Source of the DNA: Octopus sinensis
Lineage: Eukaryota
Assembly: GCF_006345805.1 (NCBI RefSeq)
Contig: NC_043008.1
Coordinates: 57,226,001 to 57,290,000 of the forward strand
Length of the DNA stretch: 64,000 nucleotides
Reading direction: 5' to 3'
The position numbers and the translations under genes are program-made. The first letter of the stretch is position 1. Each line of letters starts with the position of its first letter. Below, in pieces: positions 61,610 through 64,000 of the stretch. The notes under the pieces were generated by a model. That model was not told where the DNA came from and made no database searches. It saw nothing but the letters and a program-made list of their open reading frames with translations.

Positions 61610-63299
61610 AGTTTGAGTTCGGTCGTGTTTTTTTACGCTCGTAAAATTCGGTAAAAAAGATCAAAAAGAATTGTTGTTGTTGTGGAAATTTTGAACGGCG
61701 TTGAAGCGGTTTCGCGTTCCGCTGGTTCTGCGCGTTACACTTTTTCTGTTTTGGCGGCCGTTTTCGGCCTGTCAGACAGGAGGAAATGGATGACCACTCC
61801 CTAGTGGAGGAGTGGAGGAGGAATGGATATTTGAGAGCTTGTCGGAGACATCGAACTCTGAAGACGAGCAAATCGGTGATGTAAATAATGTGGAGATAAA
61901 AAACAGGAAAACGTACGCAGGAGTTGCAAAAAAGAAGACGGCACAGGAAAAGGAAATAAACCTAGAAAAATTGCCAGGTTTCCAGAGGTATATGAGGAAG
62001 GACAGCGGCGAGGTGGAACTGGAACCACCACCAAAGAGAAAGGAATGGTACAATAAAAGGACCATTATTTACAGGGTGTTCGCGAACGAAAGAAAGAAAA
62101 TAGAGGTTGTAAACATGGAGTGGATAGAGGAGGCCCTGAGAAGATCGGAGGAGGAAATCATTTTTCTGACTCGAGGATCGAAGTACGGTACTGTAGTGGT
62201 ACATTTTAAAAGTGAGACTGCAGCGAGGAAGATGGCGGTGAAGGCGGTGAAGTCAGAAAAGGTAACACTTTTACCTATGTATTTGAATAGAAGGATTACA
62301 CGAGTGAGGGTGGAGGGAGTGCCACGAAACGTTGAGGCTAAGTGGATTGTGGCGGCTGTGATCAGCGGCCACGAGGAGAAAGTGGATATTCTCCATGCCT
62401 CGGTCAAGACCGAGGGCTGGAGAGGCGTAACAGTGGAGCTGAACGTGCAGGCAGAAAACGAGGTACTGGTGGACCTGGCGGAAAGCATTAAATTGGAGAC
62501 GTGATTATGAGAGTGTGGGTGGAGGGCAGAGCTCCACGTTGTTACAAGTGTGGCCTGAGGGGCCACATAAGAGCCTTCTGCCCTCCCCCACCAAGAGAAA
62601 AGGAAATCGTTGAGGAAGCTCCAAAAGAGGAGGCCCCCAAAAGAGGAAGAAATTAAAGAGAAGCAGACGGAAGGGAAACGACAGAGGAGGAGGAGATGCA
62701 AAAAGAGTGTGAGGAGGGCAGAAAGAAGAGAAAAGGAAAGAAAAGGAAAAACTGTGCGAAGCCCCAACCCACCCCAACACCACCCACACCCTGGAGACCC
62801 ATCCTGCCCCTGCAAACAGCAATCCCCCACTCCCCGCCTACAAGAAAAACGAAAACAGACACGCAGAACATACAAAGGCCCCAGTCCTACTTTTTATGTG
62901 TTGTGAGGAAGGGGGATACCGAGAACGCAAGAAGGCTTTTTGAGGACGATGTATGGCAAGAGTATGAAACGGTAGCTACGCGGTGTTCGATTTTGAACTT
63001 ATGGGCTCTTTGATGAGCAAGTGTAATGAACTACGTATAAATTGTTTTTCAGCGTATATGAAGGATGATATGATAGAGAGGTATGAAAGAGAAATGAAGG
63101 GTGAGGTGAAAGACTTTGGAATCGTGATAGGAAACGGAAAGGTAAGTGATGCTGGCGGAGGGGGCCGTTAACATCGCTTTCATATTATCATTTTTTCATT
63201 TTAACATTCATTTACTCATAATTTTAATCACATTGTTTTATGTCCCCCATGTTTTGTAATGTTCCCTCTTCGTGGCTCCTAGTGGGTAATAAAGAAATA
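61610..63299 (+). mobile_element. ORF1-only LINE-like element (~1.7 kb) bounded by 19-bp direct repeats
   Basis: GATCAGTTGTCTGTTCGTC at 61591-61609 and 63300-63318; 5' UTR, frameshifted ORF1, T-rich 3' UTR ending GTGGGTAATAAAGAAATA; no APE or RT sequence. Confidence 0.75.
61786..63171 (+). pseudogene. LINE ORF1/gag-like protein with CCHC zinc knuckle, frameshifted
   Basis: 230-aa open segment 61812-62504 (..YGTVVVHFKSE..RITRVRVEGVP..), continuing after a frameshift as VIMRVWVEGRAPRCYKCGLRGHIRAFC (CX2CX4HX4C), then K/E/P-rich segments. Confidence 0.8.
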
Positions 63300-64000
63300 G
63301 ATCAGTTGTCTGTTCGTCTTCGCTACGTAAGGTTGGTAGTTTATTTATGATGTGTTCAGAATCAGTTCTGCTGAGGATCATAAGATGCAGTTGAATGTGA
63401 AATCACGGTGATACAGAACTAAATTCATTTTTTAAATGTCTTGCTTTGAAAAACTGCATTTGGGTATGATTAGTATAATTTTGGTAGTAATGACTTAGTC
63501 CCTCTTAGTGTGAGGCATTTATGTGTAATAATGCCCTCTATACAATATATATATATATATTGAGGTTATAAGAGGTAATGGTGTCATTGAGACCCAACGG
63601 TACCAGGTAATACTGAATAAGTACTATAGACAGACCATAGTTAAGTTCCAGGTTCGGTAATTTGGCGAATAAAGGGTTCAACGTTGGTCATATGTCAGCG
63701 TGTGCATATAAGTATAGTTTGCGCAATGAGATAAAAAAAAAACCAAGGCTGTGTACATATTAGAACATTTATAGATAGAAGGTCTTATAGCTGTTTCTAG
63801 GATATTTATTAATTATATCCCTTCATCAGAGATGGTGTGAGAGGATGGTTAAGTAATAGTTAATTTAGATAGGTTTTTTTTATATCATTACGCAAAAAAT
63901 TCTTTTATATATATATAAGGCTTCCACACACTTTCCATTTAACAAATTCACTTACAATGCATTGCTCGAAGACACCTGCCTCAGCTGCCTTGCAGTGAGA

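Overview
AT-rich, repeat-saturated animal genomic DNA. From recall of its SINE families it is most likely an octopus, but that is inference. No host protein-coding exon could be supported: most ORF-track entries are microsatellite or SINE artefacts. Contents: dozens of tRNA-derived SINE copies (about 4 families), decayed Tc1/mariner elements, a Tigger-like MITE, a non-autonomous Helitron, R4/Dong- and RTE-type LINE fragments, Penelope-like element (PLE) remnants, an ORF1-only LINE-like element, and an intron-containing tRNA-Lys(UUU) pseudogene. The main observation is a set of non-coding elements carrying Type I hammerhead ribozymes (HHRs), folded by hand. (A) A ~490-bp tandem array at 8564-11715 has one HHR per unit (six full-length motifs plus one truncated). 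(B) A ~454-bp unit at 12976-13575 (minus) and (C) a ~570-580-bp unit at 35958-36837 are each a partial tandem with an inverted 5' end. A, B and C share a TTTGGCTGYTWYTTCTAR motif downstream of the predicted cleavage site, suggesting a retrozyme-like superfamily mobilised by PLE enzymes. Further HHR or HHR-like motifs occur in a tRNA-headed element (28132-28177), as a compensatory U3-A8 variant (41491-41536), and in degenerate forms (52323-52367, 60868-60910). All structures are manual predictions; none is experimentally or computationally confirmed.
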